From Candidatus Omnitrophota bacterium (lineage in GTDB: Bacteria > Omnitrophota > Gorgyraeia > B26-G9): DNA of 64,000 nucleotides. Location: assembly GCA_018817165.1 (NCBI GenBank), contig JAHITY010000070.1, positions 363-64,362 on the forward strand. The letters run 5' to 3'. A program made the translations under genes and the position numbers. The number at the start of each line of letters is the position of its first letter. Within the stretch, counting starts at the first letter, position 1. The notes under the pieces are model-generated. The model saw nothing but the letters and a program-made list of their open reading frames with translations, was not told the origin of the DNA and ran no database searches. Shown here in pieces: positions 18,313 through 27,628 of the stretch.

Positions 18313-19500
18313 ATGATGCAAGAAAATAGATTTATTGAAGTCGATCATTTTCAAATTTTTAAGGCTCACCAGCATGTCGGGGGGGATGTTTTTGCTTGCG
18401 AAAAAATTGATAATGATAATCGGATAATTTTAGTTTTATCCGATGGATTGGGCAGCGGAATTAAGGCCAGCGTTCTGGCAACTTTAACCGCGACTATGGC
18501 GACAAAATTTATAGTGAGTTATCGTGATCTTAAAAGTATTGCCCGGATTATAATGACGACATTGCCTGTTTGTAAGGAACGCTTGATCAGCTATGCGACA
18601 TTTACAATTGTTGATATTGACGCATCCGGGATTACTCGGGTAATAGAGTACGGCAATCCGGCTTTTCTTTTGATTCGCGAGACAATGGCTTTGGATGTAT
18701 CGCGAAAAACAGAGGAGATTATATTTAGTCCAGAGGATAAACGCTTGGTGTATTATTCGGAATTTAAAGCGGAATTTGGTGATAGGATAGTTTTTTGTTC
18801 TGATGGTGTGACTCAGGCGGGTATGGGGGCTTCGGCTACGCCGCTTGGCTGGGGAGATAGCGCTTTGGCGAATTTTGTTTGTTCAGCAGTCAAAATAGCG
18901 GAAAATATTTCGGCGCGTGAGCTTGCGCGGCAAATTGTGAGCAAAGCTCATAGGATTGATGAGGGTAAAGCTAAAGATGATATTACTTGCGGAGTGATCT
19001 ATTTACGTCAGCCGCGGAAAACTTTGATTGTTTCAGGGCCTCCGATCAAACAGGAAAAAGATAAAGAACTGGCGCATCGTCTAAAAGAATTTATCGGACT
19101 TAAAATTATTGCCGGAGGAACAACGGCAAATATAGTGGCGCGTGAGTGGGAACAGGACATATCAGTGGATATTGCTGTTATTGATCCGGAGATTCCGCCG
19201 CATTCAAGGATGGAGGGAGTTTCACTTGTAACAGAGGGAATTCTTACTTTGTGTAAGGTAAGCGAAATTTTAGAAAAAGGAATATCGCTTGAATTGATAA
19301 AGAATAATGCCGCCAGGAAGATATTGGAAATTTTGCTTAATAGTGATATTATTCACTTTTTAGTAGGAACAAAGATAAATGATGTTCATCAGGATCCCAA
19401 TATGCCCGTAGAGATAGAAATAAGGCGGACTATTGTAAAAAAAATAAAACAGTTGTTGGAAAAAAAACATTTAAAGAAAGTGTATTTAGAATATATTTAA
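18313..19500 (+). CDS. PP2C-type serine phosphatase (SpoIIE/RsbU family)
   Basis: GGDVFA...LSDGLGSGIKASV motif typical of PPM phosphatases. Confidence 0.7.
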   Translation: MMQENRFIEVDHFQIFKAHQHVGGDVFACEKIDNDNRIILVLSDGLGSGIKASVLATLTATMATKFIVSYRDLKSIARIIMTTLPVCKERLISYATFTIVDIDASGITRVIEYGNPAFLLIRETMALDVSRKTEEIIFSPEDKRLVYYSEFKAEFGDRIVFCSDGVTQAGMGASATPLGWGDSALANFVCSAVKIAENISARELARQIVSKAHRIDEGKAKDDITCGVIYLRQPRKTLIVSGPPIKQEKDKELAHRLKEFIGLKIIAGGTTANIVAREWEQDISVDIAVIDPEIPPHSRMEGVSLVTEGILTLCKVSEILEKGISLELIKNNAARKILEILLNSDIIHFLVGTKINDVHQDPNMPVEIEIRRTIVKKIKQLLEKKHLKKVYLEYI

Positions 19501-19513
19501 AAAGGAGCGGAAA

Positions 19514-19786
19514 ATGAAAAAAATCAAGGTTACTATTTGCACAGGAACAGCTTGCTATGTTTTGGGAAATTCTCAATTATTGGTTATGAAGGATGATTTA
19601 AAGCCGGAACTCCTCAAGTGGATTGATTTTGAAGGAAGCAACTGTCTTAAGTATTGCAAAGATGCTTCTTTTGGCAAAGCGCCCTTTGTGCTAATTAATG
19701 GAAAATTAATGGCTCAAGCTACAGGGCCTAAAGTAAAAGATGAAATAGAAAGGCTTTACTTGGATATGCTTGATGGAGGTGAATAA
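19514..19786 (+). CDS. Thioredoxin-like [2Fe-2S] ferredoxin
   Basis: CTGTACYVLG...CLKYC Cys pattern. AAAGGAG RBS. Confidence 0.6.
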   Translation: MKKIKVTICTGTACYVLGNSQLLVMKDDLKPELLKWIDFEGSNCLKYCKDASFGKAPFVLINGKLMAQATGPKVKDEIERLYLDMLDGGE

Positions 19787-19787
19787 T

Positions 19788-21209
19788 ATGATCTGTGATA
19801 ATAATGCGACAATTAAGCGGCGTGAATTACTGACTCAGATTGCTAAACTGTGCCTTGATCAATCTTTGCAAGCGGAGATAGATGATCTTCCCTTAAAGCG
19901 CTTTCCTAAAAACAGTCAAACAACCCGTTGCTGTGTGCATGCAGCCCGGGCGATTGTTCGGCAGAGGCTTATTGCGATGATGGGTTTTTCGGTTGAACAG
20001 GACGATGAAAAGAAAGCATTATCCGCGTATGCCCAAGACGCGCTTAAAAGGGATAAGGTTGAAGGAACGATTCTTACGGTTATTGATAATGGTTGCAGTG
20101 CTTGTGTTCAAGCAAATTATTTTGTGACTAATACCTGCAGAGGCTGTTTGGCTCGGCCGTGTTCGATGAATTGCCCTAAAGATGCGATATCTTTTGTAAA
20201 TGGCCAGGCTTTGATTGATTCTAAGGCTTGCGTAAACTGCGGCCGATGTCAAAAGGTTTGTCCGTATCACGCGATTGTATATGTTCCGATTCCTTGTGAA
20301 GAAGCCTGCCCGGTTGGGGCGATTATGAAAGATGAAACTGGTAAGGAATATATTGATTATAATAAATGTATTTATTGCGGAAAGTGCAGCCGGGCTTGTC
20401 CGTTTGGCGCGATTATGGAAAAATCACAAATCATTGATATTATTCAGCAATTAAAAACAAAAAACCCGGTTATTGCTATGATTGCTCCGGCGATTATTGG
20501 TCAATTCGGCGGAAAGCTTAATCAGCTGGTCAGCGCTCTTTTAAAATTAGGGTTTAGCGAGGTTGTGGAAGTCGCCCGCGGCGCGGAAATAACTGTAGCG
20601 AAGGAAGCTGAGGAATTTATTGAAAGAATAAGTCAAGGTGATCAGTTTATGACAACATCATGCTGTCCTGCTTATACTGAAGTTGTGCGCAAGCATATTC
20701 CGGGACTTAAAAAGCATGTTTCCGATACTAAGACGCCATTGCATTATACCGGGGAAATGGTCCGCAATAATAATCCAGAGGCGATTACGGTATTTTTAAG
20801 CCCTTGTTTCGCGAAAAGAAAAGAAGCTATTTTTGATGATTATGTTGATTTTGTTTTAACCTTCGAAGAGCTCGGGGCGCTTTTTATCGCGGCGGATATA
20901 GATGTTCTTGATTGTGCTGAAACGCCGCTTGATGTGGAAGCTAAGATTTCCGGAAGGAGATTTCCTGTGGTCGGCGGCGTGGCAAAGTCAGTTAAGCAGG
21001 CTATTGGTGATCGAGTCCAGTGTAATGAAGTGATAATTAATGGGGTTACAAAAAAAGAATTAAATTTGCTTAAAGCGTATGCCAGAGGTTCTGCTCCAGG
21101 AAATCTAGTTGAGGTCATGGCCTGCGAAGGCGGCTGTATTGCCGGGCCTGGAGTTATCAGCCATCCTAAAGTCAGCAAAGGCAAAATTGATGCTATGGAA
21201 AAAGAGTAA
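19788..21209 (+). CDS. [FeFe]-hydrogenase catalytic subunit
   Basis: Ferredoxin-like CxxCxxCxxxCP repeats, then canonical H-cluster motifs L1 TSCCPAY, L2 FLSPCFAKRKEA, L3 VMACEGGCIAGPG. Start at the ATG at 19788 after GGAGGTG. Confidence 0.85.
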   Translation: MICDNNATIKRRELLTQIAKLCLDQSLQAEIDDLPLKRFPKNSQTTRCCVHAARAIVRQRLIAMMGFSVEQDDEKKALSAYAQDALKRDKVEGTILTVIDNGCSACVQANYFVTNTCRGCLARPCSMNCPKDAISFVNGQALIDSKACVNCGRCQKVCPYHAIVYVPIPCEEACPVGAIMKDETGKEYIDYNKCIYCGKCSRACPFGAIMEKSQIIDIIQQLKTKNPVIAMIAPAIIGQFGGKLNQLVSALLKLGFSEVVEVARGAEITVAKEAEEFIERISQGDQFMTTSCCPAYTEVVRKHIPGLKKHVSDTKTPLHYTGEMVRNNNPEAITVFLSPCFAKRKEAIFDDYVDFVLTFEELGALFIAADIDVLDCAETPLDVEAKISGRRFPVVGGVAKSVKQAIGDRVQCNEVIINGVTKKELNLLKAYARGSAPGNLVEVMACEGGCIAGPGVISHPKVSKGKIDAMEKE

Positions 21210-21404
21210 TTTTCGGAAATAATTTTTTTTCGATTAATTATTGTCGGTTGCTAGGTGAACAAGGTTTAATTTGAGATGCCTTTTGTTGTTTAGGTAGAAT
21301 ACTAATTTATGAACAAAAATTATTAAACCTTTAAAGGTGGAAGGGTTTAATGAAGCATAATAAATATTACAAGCTAAATTAATTAAATTGATGGGTGTAT
21401 AATA

Positions 21405-22151
21405 ATGGCTAATTCGGTTTTGGTAGTTAATAATCTTAAAAAGGTTTTTGGCGATATTATCGCGGTGGATGATGTTTCCTTTGCGGTTGATGGCGGTGAA
21501 ATTGTGGGACTGCTGGGGCCGAATGGGGCAGGGAAAACTACTACGATCAATATGATTTTGGGAACGCTTGCGCCTACGGCGGGATCAGTCAGCGTTAAAG
21601 GGATGAATATAGCGGAGCATCGTTCTCAAGTCCTTAAAAGGATGAATTTCGCGGCAGTGTACGCGCCTTTGCCCGGGAATTTGACCATATATCAGAATTT
21701 ACATATATTTGGATTATTGTATGGGGTAAAGAATATGAAAGAACGGATTGAAATGCTGATCAATCGCTTTGATCTGCAAAAATTCCGCGATAAAAAAAGC
21801 GGCGTGCTTTCTTCCGGAGAACAGACACGTTTGAGTTTGGCAAAAGCAATGCTTAATGATCCTGATCTGCTTTTACTTGATGAACCGACTGCTTCTTTAG
21901 ACCCATCAGTTGCTCGGGAAATCCGCTCAATTATTCGGGAGTTTATAACTAATCTGGGATGTGCTGTTTTATGGACTTCGCATAATATGAATGAAGTGGA
22001 AACTGTTTGTGATCGGGTACTTTTTTTATCGCATGGAAAAATTATTTTACAAGGCGACCCTAAAGTTTTACCGCAGCAATATTGCAAAGCAAATTTAGAA
22101 GAACTTTTTATTATGGTAGCGAATAAATTACCGGCTTGTGAAAAGGACTAG
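21405..22151 (+). CDS. ABC transporter ATP-binding protein (ABC-2 type)
   Basis: Walker A GPNGAGKTT, signature LSSGEQTRLSLA, Walker B LLLDEPTASLD. Confidence 0.9.
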   Translation: MANSVLVVNNLKKVFGDIIAVDDVSFAVDGGEIVGLLGPNGAGKTTTINMILGTLAPTAGSVSVKGMNIAEHRSQVLKRMNFAAVYAPLPGNLTIYQNLHIFGLLYGVKNMKERIEMLINRFDLQKFRDKKSGVLSSGEQTRLSLAKAMLNDPDLLLLDEPTASLDPSVAREIRSIIREFITNLGCAVLWTSHNMNEVETVCDRVLFLSHGKIILQGDPKVLPQQYCKANLEELFIMVANKLPACEKD

Positions 22152-22154
22152 TTT

Positions 22155-22958
22155 ATGAATTTTAGCAGAATATACGCTGTAGTATTAAGACAGTATTATC
22201 TGATCCGCGCCAGCTTATCGCGGCTGCTTCCTTTGTTTATCTGGGTGGCAGTGGATATTGTCCTTTGGGGATTTTTAACCCGCTATCTTAATTCAGTCAG
22301 TTCCGTTAGCTTTAATTTTGTTCCGGCAATGCTCGGAGCAGTTTTATTTTGGGATTTTTTAGTCAGGATAATGCAGGGCGTGACCATGGCTTTTTTTGAA
22401 GATGTCTGGGCAAGAAATTTCCTGAATCTTTTTTCCACGCCGATCTCGATAATTGAATATATTAGCGGTCTTATTTTATCGAGCATGGCCACCAGCTCTA
22501 TCGGGATTGTGGTAATGTTTGTTTTAGCGGTTGTGGTTTTTGGATTTTCATTTTTAACCTATGGTGTGATGGTTATTCCGTTTTTAATTGTTCTGTTTAT
22601 GTTTGGGATTGCCCTAGGCATAGCCGCATGTGCTTTAGTTTTACGTTTAGGACCGGCCGCGGAATGGTTTATCTGGCCGATCCCGGCGATAATCTCGCCA
22701 TTTGTCGGAGTTTTGTACCCGGTTAGTATCTTGCCGCAATGGATGCAGTTTGTTTCGCGCTTTCTCCCCCCATCATATGTATTTGAATGTTTACGGGCAA
22801 TTGTTTTGGGCCAAGAAGCTTCCGGCAGCAGTCTTTTTATCGGCGCCGGGCTGGCAGCAGTGTATATTTTTTTGGCGATTGCATTTTTTATTTTTACGTA
22901 TAAGCATGCTGTGCGCACCGGGCTTATCGCCCGCTACAGCGCGGAAAATATTGGATGA
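22155..22958 (+). CDS. ABC-2 family transporter permease
   Basis: Six hydrophobic segments. Coupled to the ATPase gene. Confidence 0.8.
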   Translation: MNFSRIYAVVLRQYYLIRASLSRLLPLFIWVAVDIVLWGFLTRYLNSVSSVSFNFVPAMLGAVLFWDFLVRIMQGVTMAFFEDVWARNFLNLFSTPISIIEYISGLILSSMATSSIGIVVMFVLAVVVFGFSFLTYGVMVIPFLIVLFMFGIALGIAACALVLRLGPAAEWFIWPIPAIISPFVGVLYPVSILPQWMQFVSRFLPPSYVFECLRAIVLGQEASGSSLFIGAGLAAVYIFLAIAFFIFTYKHAVRTGLIARYSAENIG

Positions 22959-22965
22959 TCAAAAG

Positions 22966-23000
22966 AGTATTGCGTATCGTGTATTGAGTATTGGGTAAAA
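22966..23000. repeat. Intergenic repeat family R6, copy a
   Basis: AGTATTGCGTATCGTGTATTGAGTATTGGGTAAAA. Copies at 60551 and, inverted and degenerate, at 63361. Confidence 0.6.
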
Positions 23001-23099
23001 CCGAAGGATGATCCTCCTTCGCCAGGGCTATGGAGGACAGATGGACGATCGCTACGCTAGGTCGATGGACGAGAAAAGCAGAAGACAGGTAAAAATTTT

Positions 23100-23140
23100 C
23101 TGATTTCTAAACTCTAAATAAACTCAAACGACTAAAACCT
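23100..23140. repeat. Intergenic repeat family R5, copy a
   Basis: TGATTTCTAAACTCTAAATAAACTCAAACGACTAAAACC. Copies at 48298 and 58768. Confidence 0.65.
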
Positions 23141-23276
23141 AAGAAACAAAAAGATAATTGAGTAAAAATTTATAAATTTATTAAGGACGCTAGTGATAGA
23201 TAATAGCCAATCCGTTGGGCAAAAATTCTCTTTGAGCGGCGCTTTCGAGCGTGATTTTGACGAGGATGTCAAAATA

Positions 23277-23395
23277 GCGAGAACGCGCGGCTGAGCCTGC
23301 ACGATGCAGGCTAAGGCTTAGCGAAAAGATGTGTTTTTGCTCAATACGTACTACGAATACTTAAAAAAGTGTCAACTATATTAGGACAAGACAAG
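23277..23395 (+). repeat. ~120-nt intergenic repeat R2, copy a
   Basis: GCGAGAACGCGCGGCTGAGCCTGCACGATGCAGGCTAAGGCTTAGCGAAAAGATGTGTTTTTGCTCAATACG...GTGTCAACTATATTAGGACAAGACAAG. Inverted copy at 41980-42099. Confidence 0.7.
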
Positions 23396-23506
23396 AATTC
23401 GCTAACGCTAAACAATTAGTTCCTTAGGACAAGGTAAAGCAAAAATTCATTTTCTCCTCAGAAATAATAAAAAGCCAATCAATGGGATAAATATCTTTTG
23501 GTTTGA

Positions 23507-23525
23507 TTTTTCGATTATCGAAAAA
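23507..23525 (+). promoter_or_regulatory. Perfect odd palindrome just upstream of the hspR-like promoter
   Basis: TTTTTCGAT-T-ATCGAAAAA. Confidence 0.45.
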
Positions 23526-23542
23526 AATATTTCGATTTTGGG

Positions 23543-23570
23543 TTGACAAATTCGGGAAATATGATATATT
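23543..23570 (+). promoter_or_regulatory. sigma70-type promoter of the hspR-like gene
   Basis: TTGACA, 16-nt spacer, TATATT. Confidence 0.5.
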
Positions 23571-23585
23571 GTAATTGGAGAAAAG

Positions 23586-23882
23586 ATGCTAAAGAAAAAT
23601 TTAAAAAACCAAGAAAAGTTTATTGAATTCATAATAGATATCGATGAACCGATTTATACAACCGGCGTAATCCAAAGATTATTGGATATTCCGATTTGGG
23701 TGATCAAGCAACTAGACAATGAGGGGATTGTCAGTCCTCCGCGAAAATTAGTCGGATCATCCAGATTGTATTCCAAACGAGAACTGAAAAAATTAGCGCA
23801 TTGCTGGGTATATATGAATGAAAAAGGGGTTAATAGTAAAGGGCTTAAAGTTATTTTAGAAATAGAAACAAGAAGCGACTAG
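23586..23882 (+). CDS. MerR-family transcriptional regulator, HspR-like heat-shock repressor
   Basis: N-terminal MerR HTH (YTTGVIQRLLDIPIWVIKQLDNEGIVSPPR...RLYSKRELKKL). Sits directly upstream of three Hsp20 genes. Confidence 0.65.
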   Translation: MLKKNLKNQEKFIEFIIDIDEPIYTTGVIQRLLDIPIWVIKQLDNEGIVSPPRKLVGSSRLYSKRELKKLAHCWVYMNEKGVNSKGLKVILEIETRSD

Positions 23883-23904
23883 GCAAAAATTTTTTAACGT
23901 ATCT

Positions 23905-23931
23905 TTGGCACTCTCATTGCTAGAGTGCCAA
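23905..23931 (+). promoter_or_regulatory. sigma54-type -24/-12 element embedded in a 10-bp inverted repeat upstream of the hsp20 genes
   Basis: TTGGCACTCT-cattgct-AGAGTGCCAA. Reads as TGGCAC-N5-TTGCT with canonical spacing. The arms are also a perfect inverted repeat with a 7-nt spacer. Confidence 0.5.
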
Positions 23932-23961
23932 GAATTAGCAAAGGGGAAAGGAGGTGCTGGT

Positions 23962-24057
23962 ATGGCGATTCAGCGAGTAGTAGGAATGAAAAGCATGGGG
24001 ATGAGCAATGTGGTTTTAAATTGCAAGGGCATCTTGATTGGAAAATTAAACAAATAA
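23962..24057 (+). CDS. 31-aa small ORF with strong RBS between the sigma54 element and the first hsp20 gene
   Basis: AAAGGAGGTG, 5 nt, ATG. MAIQRVVGMKSMGMSNVVLNCKGILIGKLNK. Possible leader peptide. Confidence 0.3.
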   Translation: MAIQRVVGMKSMGMSNVVLNCKGILIGKLNK

Positions 24058-24084
24058 AATTTAACAAAAAATCGGAGGTGTATT

Positions 24085-24555
24085 ATGTCATTAGTTCCGT
24101 ATAGAAAAAATACTTGGTTATCAGATCCGTTTCGGGAATTGGAAAATCTGCAAAGAGAAATGAATAGATTGTTTGATTTTTCTTTTGCGAATAATCCTTT
24201 TGGCGAAACAACTCTCTTGGGCAGTCAATGGTCTCCGTCGATTGATATTCATGAATCCAAAGATAATCTTTTGGTAAAAGCCGATTTGCCGGGCTTAACC
24301 AAAGATGAGATTGAGATTTCAGTCCAAGATAATAATCTAATTATCAAAGGAGAAAAAAAGAAAGAAAATGAGGTCCAAGAAGAAAATTATTATAAAACTG
24401 AACGTTTTTACGGCAGTTTCTATAGAACAATTCAACTGCCGTCGGAAGTTGATGAAAATAAAGTAAATGCGCAATACAAAGATGGGGTTTTGAGTTTAAC
24501 TTTGCCGAAAAAAGAAAACGCTAAACCAAAACAAATAAGAGTAAATATAAAATAA
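24085..24555 (+). CDS. Hsp20/alpha-crystallin family small heat-shock protein
   Basis: WSPSIDIHESKDNLLVKADLPGL...GVLSLTLPK alpha-crystallin domain. GGAGGTG RBS. Confidence 0.9.
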   Translation: MSLVPYRKNTWLSDPFRELENLQREMNRLFDFSFANNPFGETTLLGSQWSPSIDIHESKDNLLVKADLPGLTKDEIEISVQDNNLIIKGEKKKENEVQEENYYKTERFYGSFYRTIQLPSEVDENKVNAQYKDGVLSLTLPKKENAKPKQIRVNIK

Positions 24556-24581
24556 TCAGCTGGTTGAAAAGGAGGCTTCTA

Positions 24582-24953
24582 ATGTTTGATAAACTTAAAT
24601 TAAACAGCAAAAATGACAATGCTGTGGTTGTTTTGCCAAATACGAATATTTATGACCAAGACAAGTCTATAGTATTGTCACTTGAAATGGCGGGAGTTGA
24701 TAAAGAAAGCCTGGATGTGAATTTAGAAGGGAATATCTTAAGAATTAAAGCAACAAAGAAAAAGGAGGACATTCCTCGAGAGTATCAGGCCCTTTATCAG
24801 GAAAGGCAGGTAGTGGAGTATAAAAGAAGTTTTGAACTGAACGCGGAAGTGGACAGAGAAAAAATCGAGGCTGAATACAAAGATGGAGTTTTGAAAGTGT
24901 TTCTCTGTAAGGCGGAAAAAGCTCAGCCGAAAAAAATCGCGATCAAAGTTTGA
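24582..24953 (+). CDS. Hsp20 family protein (second copy)
   Basis: Alpha-crystallin domain ending GVLKVFLCK. ATG after an AAAGGAGG RBS. Confidence 0.8.
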   Translation: MFDKLKLNSKNDNAVVVLPNTNIYDQDKSIVLSLEMAGVDKESLDVNLEGNILRIKATKKKEDIPREYQALYQERQVVEYKRSFELNAEVDREKIEAEYKDGVLKVFLCKAEKAQPKKIAIKV

Positions 24954-24977
24954 ATTTAGAAAATAAGGAGGGATAGT

Positions 24978-25616
24978 ATGCTTAGATATATTGCGTCAGT
25001 TGCTGTAAGCGTAACTATTTTATTCTCAGCGATATTTTTATCTAATGCTTTGATGCCCTGTTTTGCCGGAGATGATAATATTGCTGATTTAAAACACCAG
25101 ATTGAATTATTACAAAAAAGAATCGAAGGCTTGGAGTCAGCGCAGCAGGATGTCAAAGTTCCTGCTGCGAGCAATCCTGTATTGTTAGGACAAAGCGCTC
25201 AGGGAAGTTGGGATCCGCTCGAAGAAATGATGCAGATGCAGCAGGCGATGAGTCGGATGTTTAAAAACTCTTTTAACTGGGGCGGTTTATCTAGCAAAGG
25301 AATGTTCAGCAGTGATGTGTTTTATGATGATGCTTTTGGTTTAAAGGAAGATAAGGATAAATATGTGATTGAATTTGATATGTCAGGGTTTAACCAATCA
25401 AAGGTTAATATTCAAATCAATGAACGCACGCTTACCGTAAAAGGCGAGCGCTCCGAAGCACAGAGTAAAGATCAGAAAAATAAATATTTAAGTTCGGAAA
25501 GTTATGCCAGTTTTATGCGTTCTTTGTTATTGCCGGAAGACGTTGACACTGCAAAAATGAAATCAGAAAACAAAGGAGATAAATTGATCATCACTTTGCC
25601 GAAAAAGAAAAGTTGA
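24978..25616 (+). CDS. Hsp20-domain protein with N-terminal signal peptide/TM and coiled-coil linker (exported sHSP-like)
   Basis: Hydrophobic N-terminus MLRYIASVAVSVTILFSAIFLSNA. C-terminal alpha-crystallin domain (VIEFDMSGF...LTVKGER...GDKLIITLPKKK). Confidence 0.7.
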   Translation: MLRYIASVAVSVTILFSAIFLSNALMPCFAGDDNIADLKHQIELLQKRIEGLESAQQDVKVPAASNPVLLGQSAQGSWDPLEEMMQMQQAMSRMFKNSFNWGGLSSKGMFSSDVFYDDAFGLKEDKDKYVIEFDMSGFNQSKVNIQINERTLTVKGERSEAQSKDQKNKYLSSESYASFMRSLLLPEDVDTAKMKSENKGDKLIITLPKKKS

Positions 25617-25646
25617 TGTTTTCAAGAATGTCTAGACAAAAATAAG

Positions 25647-25680
25647 CCTCTTGCTTGTTGAGCAAGGGGTTTATTTTTTT
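25647..25680 (+). terminator. Rho-independent terminator after the hsp20 cluster
   Basis: CCTCTTGCT-tgttg-AGCAAGGGG then TTTATTTTTTT. Confidence 0.75.
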
Positions 25681-25765
25681 ATATTTTAGGAAAATTACTC
25701 CAACTGATAAAAATTAAATAATAAATCCTACATTTATGTGGAAAAGCCAATAGTTTGGTTTTTAA

Positions 25766-25792
25766 CCCTACATTTATGTAGGATTTTTTTTG
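25766..25792 (+). terminator. Hairpin plus T-tract insulating the nif promoter (a second related hairpin lies at 25726-25745)
   Basis: CCTACAT-tt-ATGTAGG then ATTTTTTTTT. Confidence 0.6.
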
Positions 25793-25875
25793 GGTAAAAC
25801 TAGAGTAATAATTTTTTATTAGCCAAAAATTCCAATTTCCCCTCTGTAAAATTCTATTTTAAAGTTTTTTTTAAA

Positions 25876-25891
25876 TTGGCACGCTTGATGC
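25876..25891 (+). promoter_or_regulatory. sigma54 (RpoN) -24/-12 promoter of the nif operon
   Basis: TGGCACG-cttg-ATGCT. GG and GC are 12 nt apart as in the consensus TGGCACG-N4-TTGCA. Lies ~85 nt upstream of the nifH ATG. Confidence 0.7.
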
Positions 25892-25927
25892 TTTAGACAT
25901 TATGAATATTCAGTAATGAGAATCTGA

Positions 25928-26800
<873 letters not shown>

Positions 26801-26833
26801 TAAAAACCTTAATTTATCAAAGAGGAGTGAAAA

Positions 26834-27166
26834 ATGGCGAAAATTCTTGTGAGAGCAATTGTTAGACCGGAAAAAGCGGATGGAGTATTAAAAGCTTTGT
26901 TTGAGGCAGGTTATCCGGCAGTTACTCGGGTTTCTGTTTGCGGCCGCGGTAAGCAACGCGGGCTTAAGGTGGGAGAAGTTACTTATGATGAGCTGCCTAA
27001 AGAGCTGTTAATGACGGTTATTCCGGAAGGTGATAAAAAATTTGTTATCGACAGTATTTTAAAATCAGCGAGAACAAGTGAGGCTGGTAATTTTGGCGAT
27101 GGTAAGATATTTGTTTCACCGGTTGATGAAGTTTATACAGTTAGTTCTGGGCTAAAGGACGAATAA
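26834..27166 (+). CDS. nifI1: PII-family nitrogenase regulator NifI1
   Basis: GlnB-like ~110-aa protein between nifH and nifD. Confidence 0.85.
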   Translation: MAKILVRAIVRPEKADGVLKALFEAGYPAVTRVSVCGRGKQRGLKVGEVTYDELPKELLMTVIPEGDKKFVIDSILKSARTSEAGNFGDGKIFVSPVDEVYTVSSGLKDE

Positions 27167-27217
27167 TAGGTTAAATATTTAGAGGATTTAAACTCTTTAT
27201 TACTGGAGGATATATTA

Positions 27218-27628
27218 ATGAAAGAAGTGATGGCAATAATTAGAATGAATAAGATCAATGACACTAAACGGGCTTTAAACGACGCTGGGATCACATCGTT
27301 TACGGCTACCGGAAGAGTTCTTGGCCGGGGAAAGGGTTTAGTTGATTATCGAATCCTCAAAGGCGCAGGCGAAGGTTATCAAGAAGCGATTGATCAGCTA
27401 GGTCAGGGCCCGAGGTTTGTCCCCAAGCGATTGATTACAATTGTTGTTTCTGATGATTGGGTAGAGCGCACAGTCAAAGCGATAATTGATACGAATAAAA
27501 CCGGAAATGCGGGAGATGGGAAAATATTTGTTTTACCAATACTCCAGGCCACAAGAGTAAGAACCGGAGAAACCGCGGAAGGTCCAAGTGGCGGGGGCGT
27601 TCTTGATTCATCAGGAGGTTTATCATGA
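27218..27628 (+). CDS. nifI2: PII-family nitrogenase regulator NifI2
   Basis: GlnB-like with an extended T-loop/C-terminus. Paired with nifI1. Confidence 0.85.
   Translation: MKEVMAIIRMNKINDTKRALNDAGITSFTATGRVLGRGKGLVDYRILKGAGEGYQEAIDQLGQGPRFVPKRLITIVVSDDWVERTVKAIIDTNKTGNAGDGKIFVLPILQATRVRTGETAEGPSGGGVLDSSGGLS

Noticed and set aside
23447-23632. Minus-strand 61-aa ORF in the hspR upstream region.
   Set aside because: Phe/Ile-rich translation of AT-rich promoter DNA. It overlaps the hspR promoter and palindrome.
23905-23931. Interpreting the inverted repeat upstream of hsp20 as a canonical HspR HAIR box.
   Set aside because: The N7 spacing fits, but the half-sites (TTGGCACTCT) do not match CTTGAGT. 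It is kept as a sigma54-type element/inverted repeat of uncertain identity.
25700-25875. Search for a NifA upstream activator sequence (TGT-N10-ACA) upstream of the nifH sigma54 promoter.
   Set aside because: No exact TGT-N10-ACA was found by eye. Only hairpins CCTACAT..ATGTAGG are present, so no upstream activator sequence is reported.
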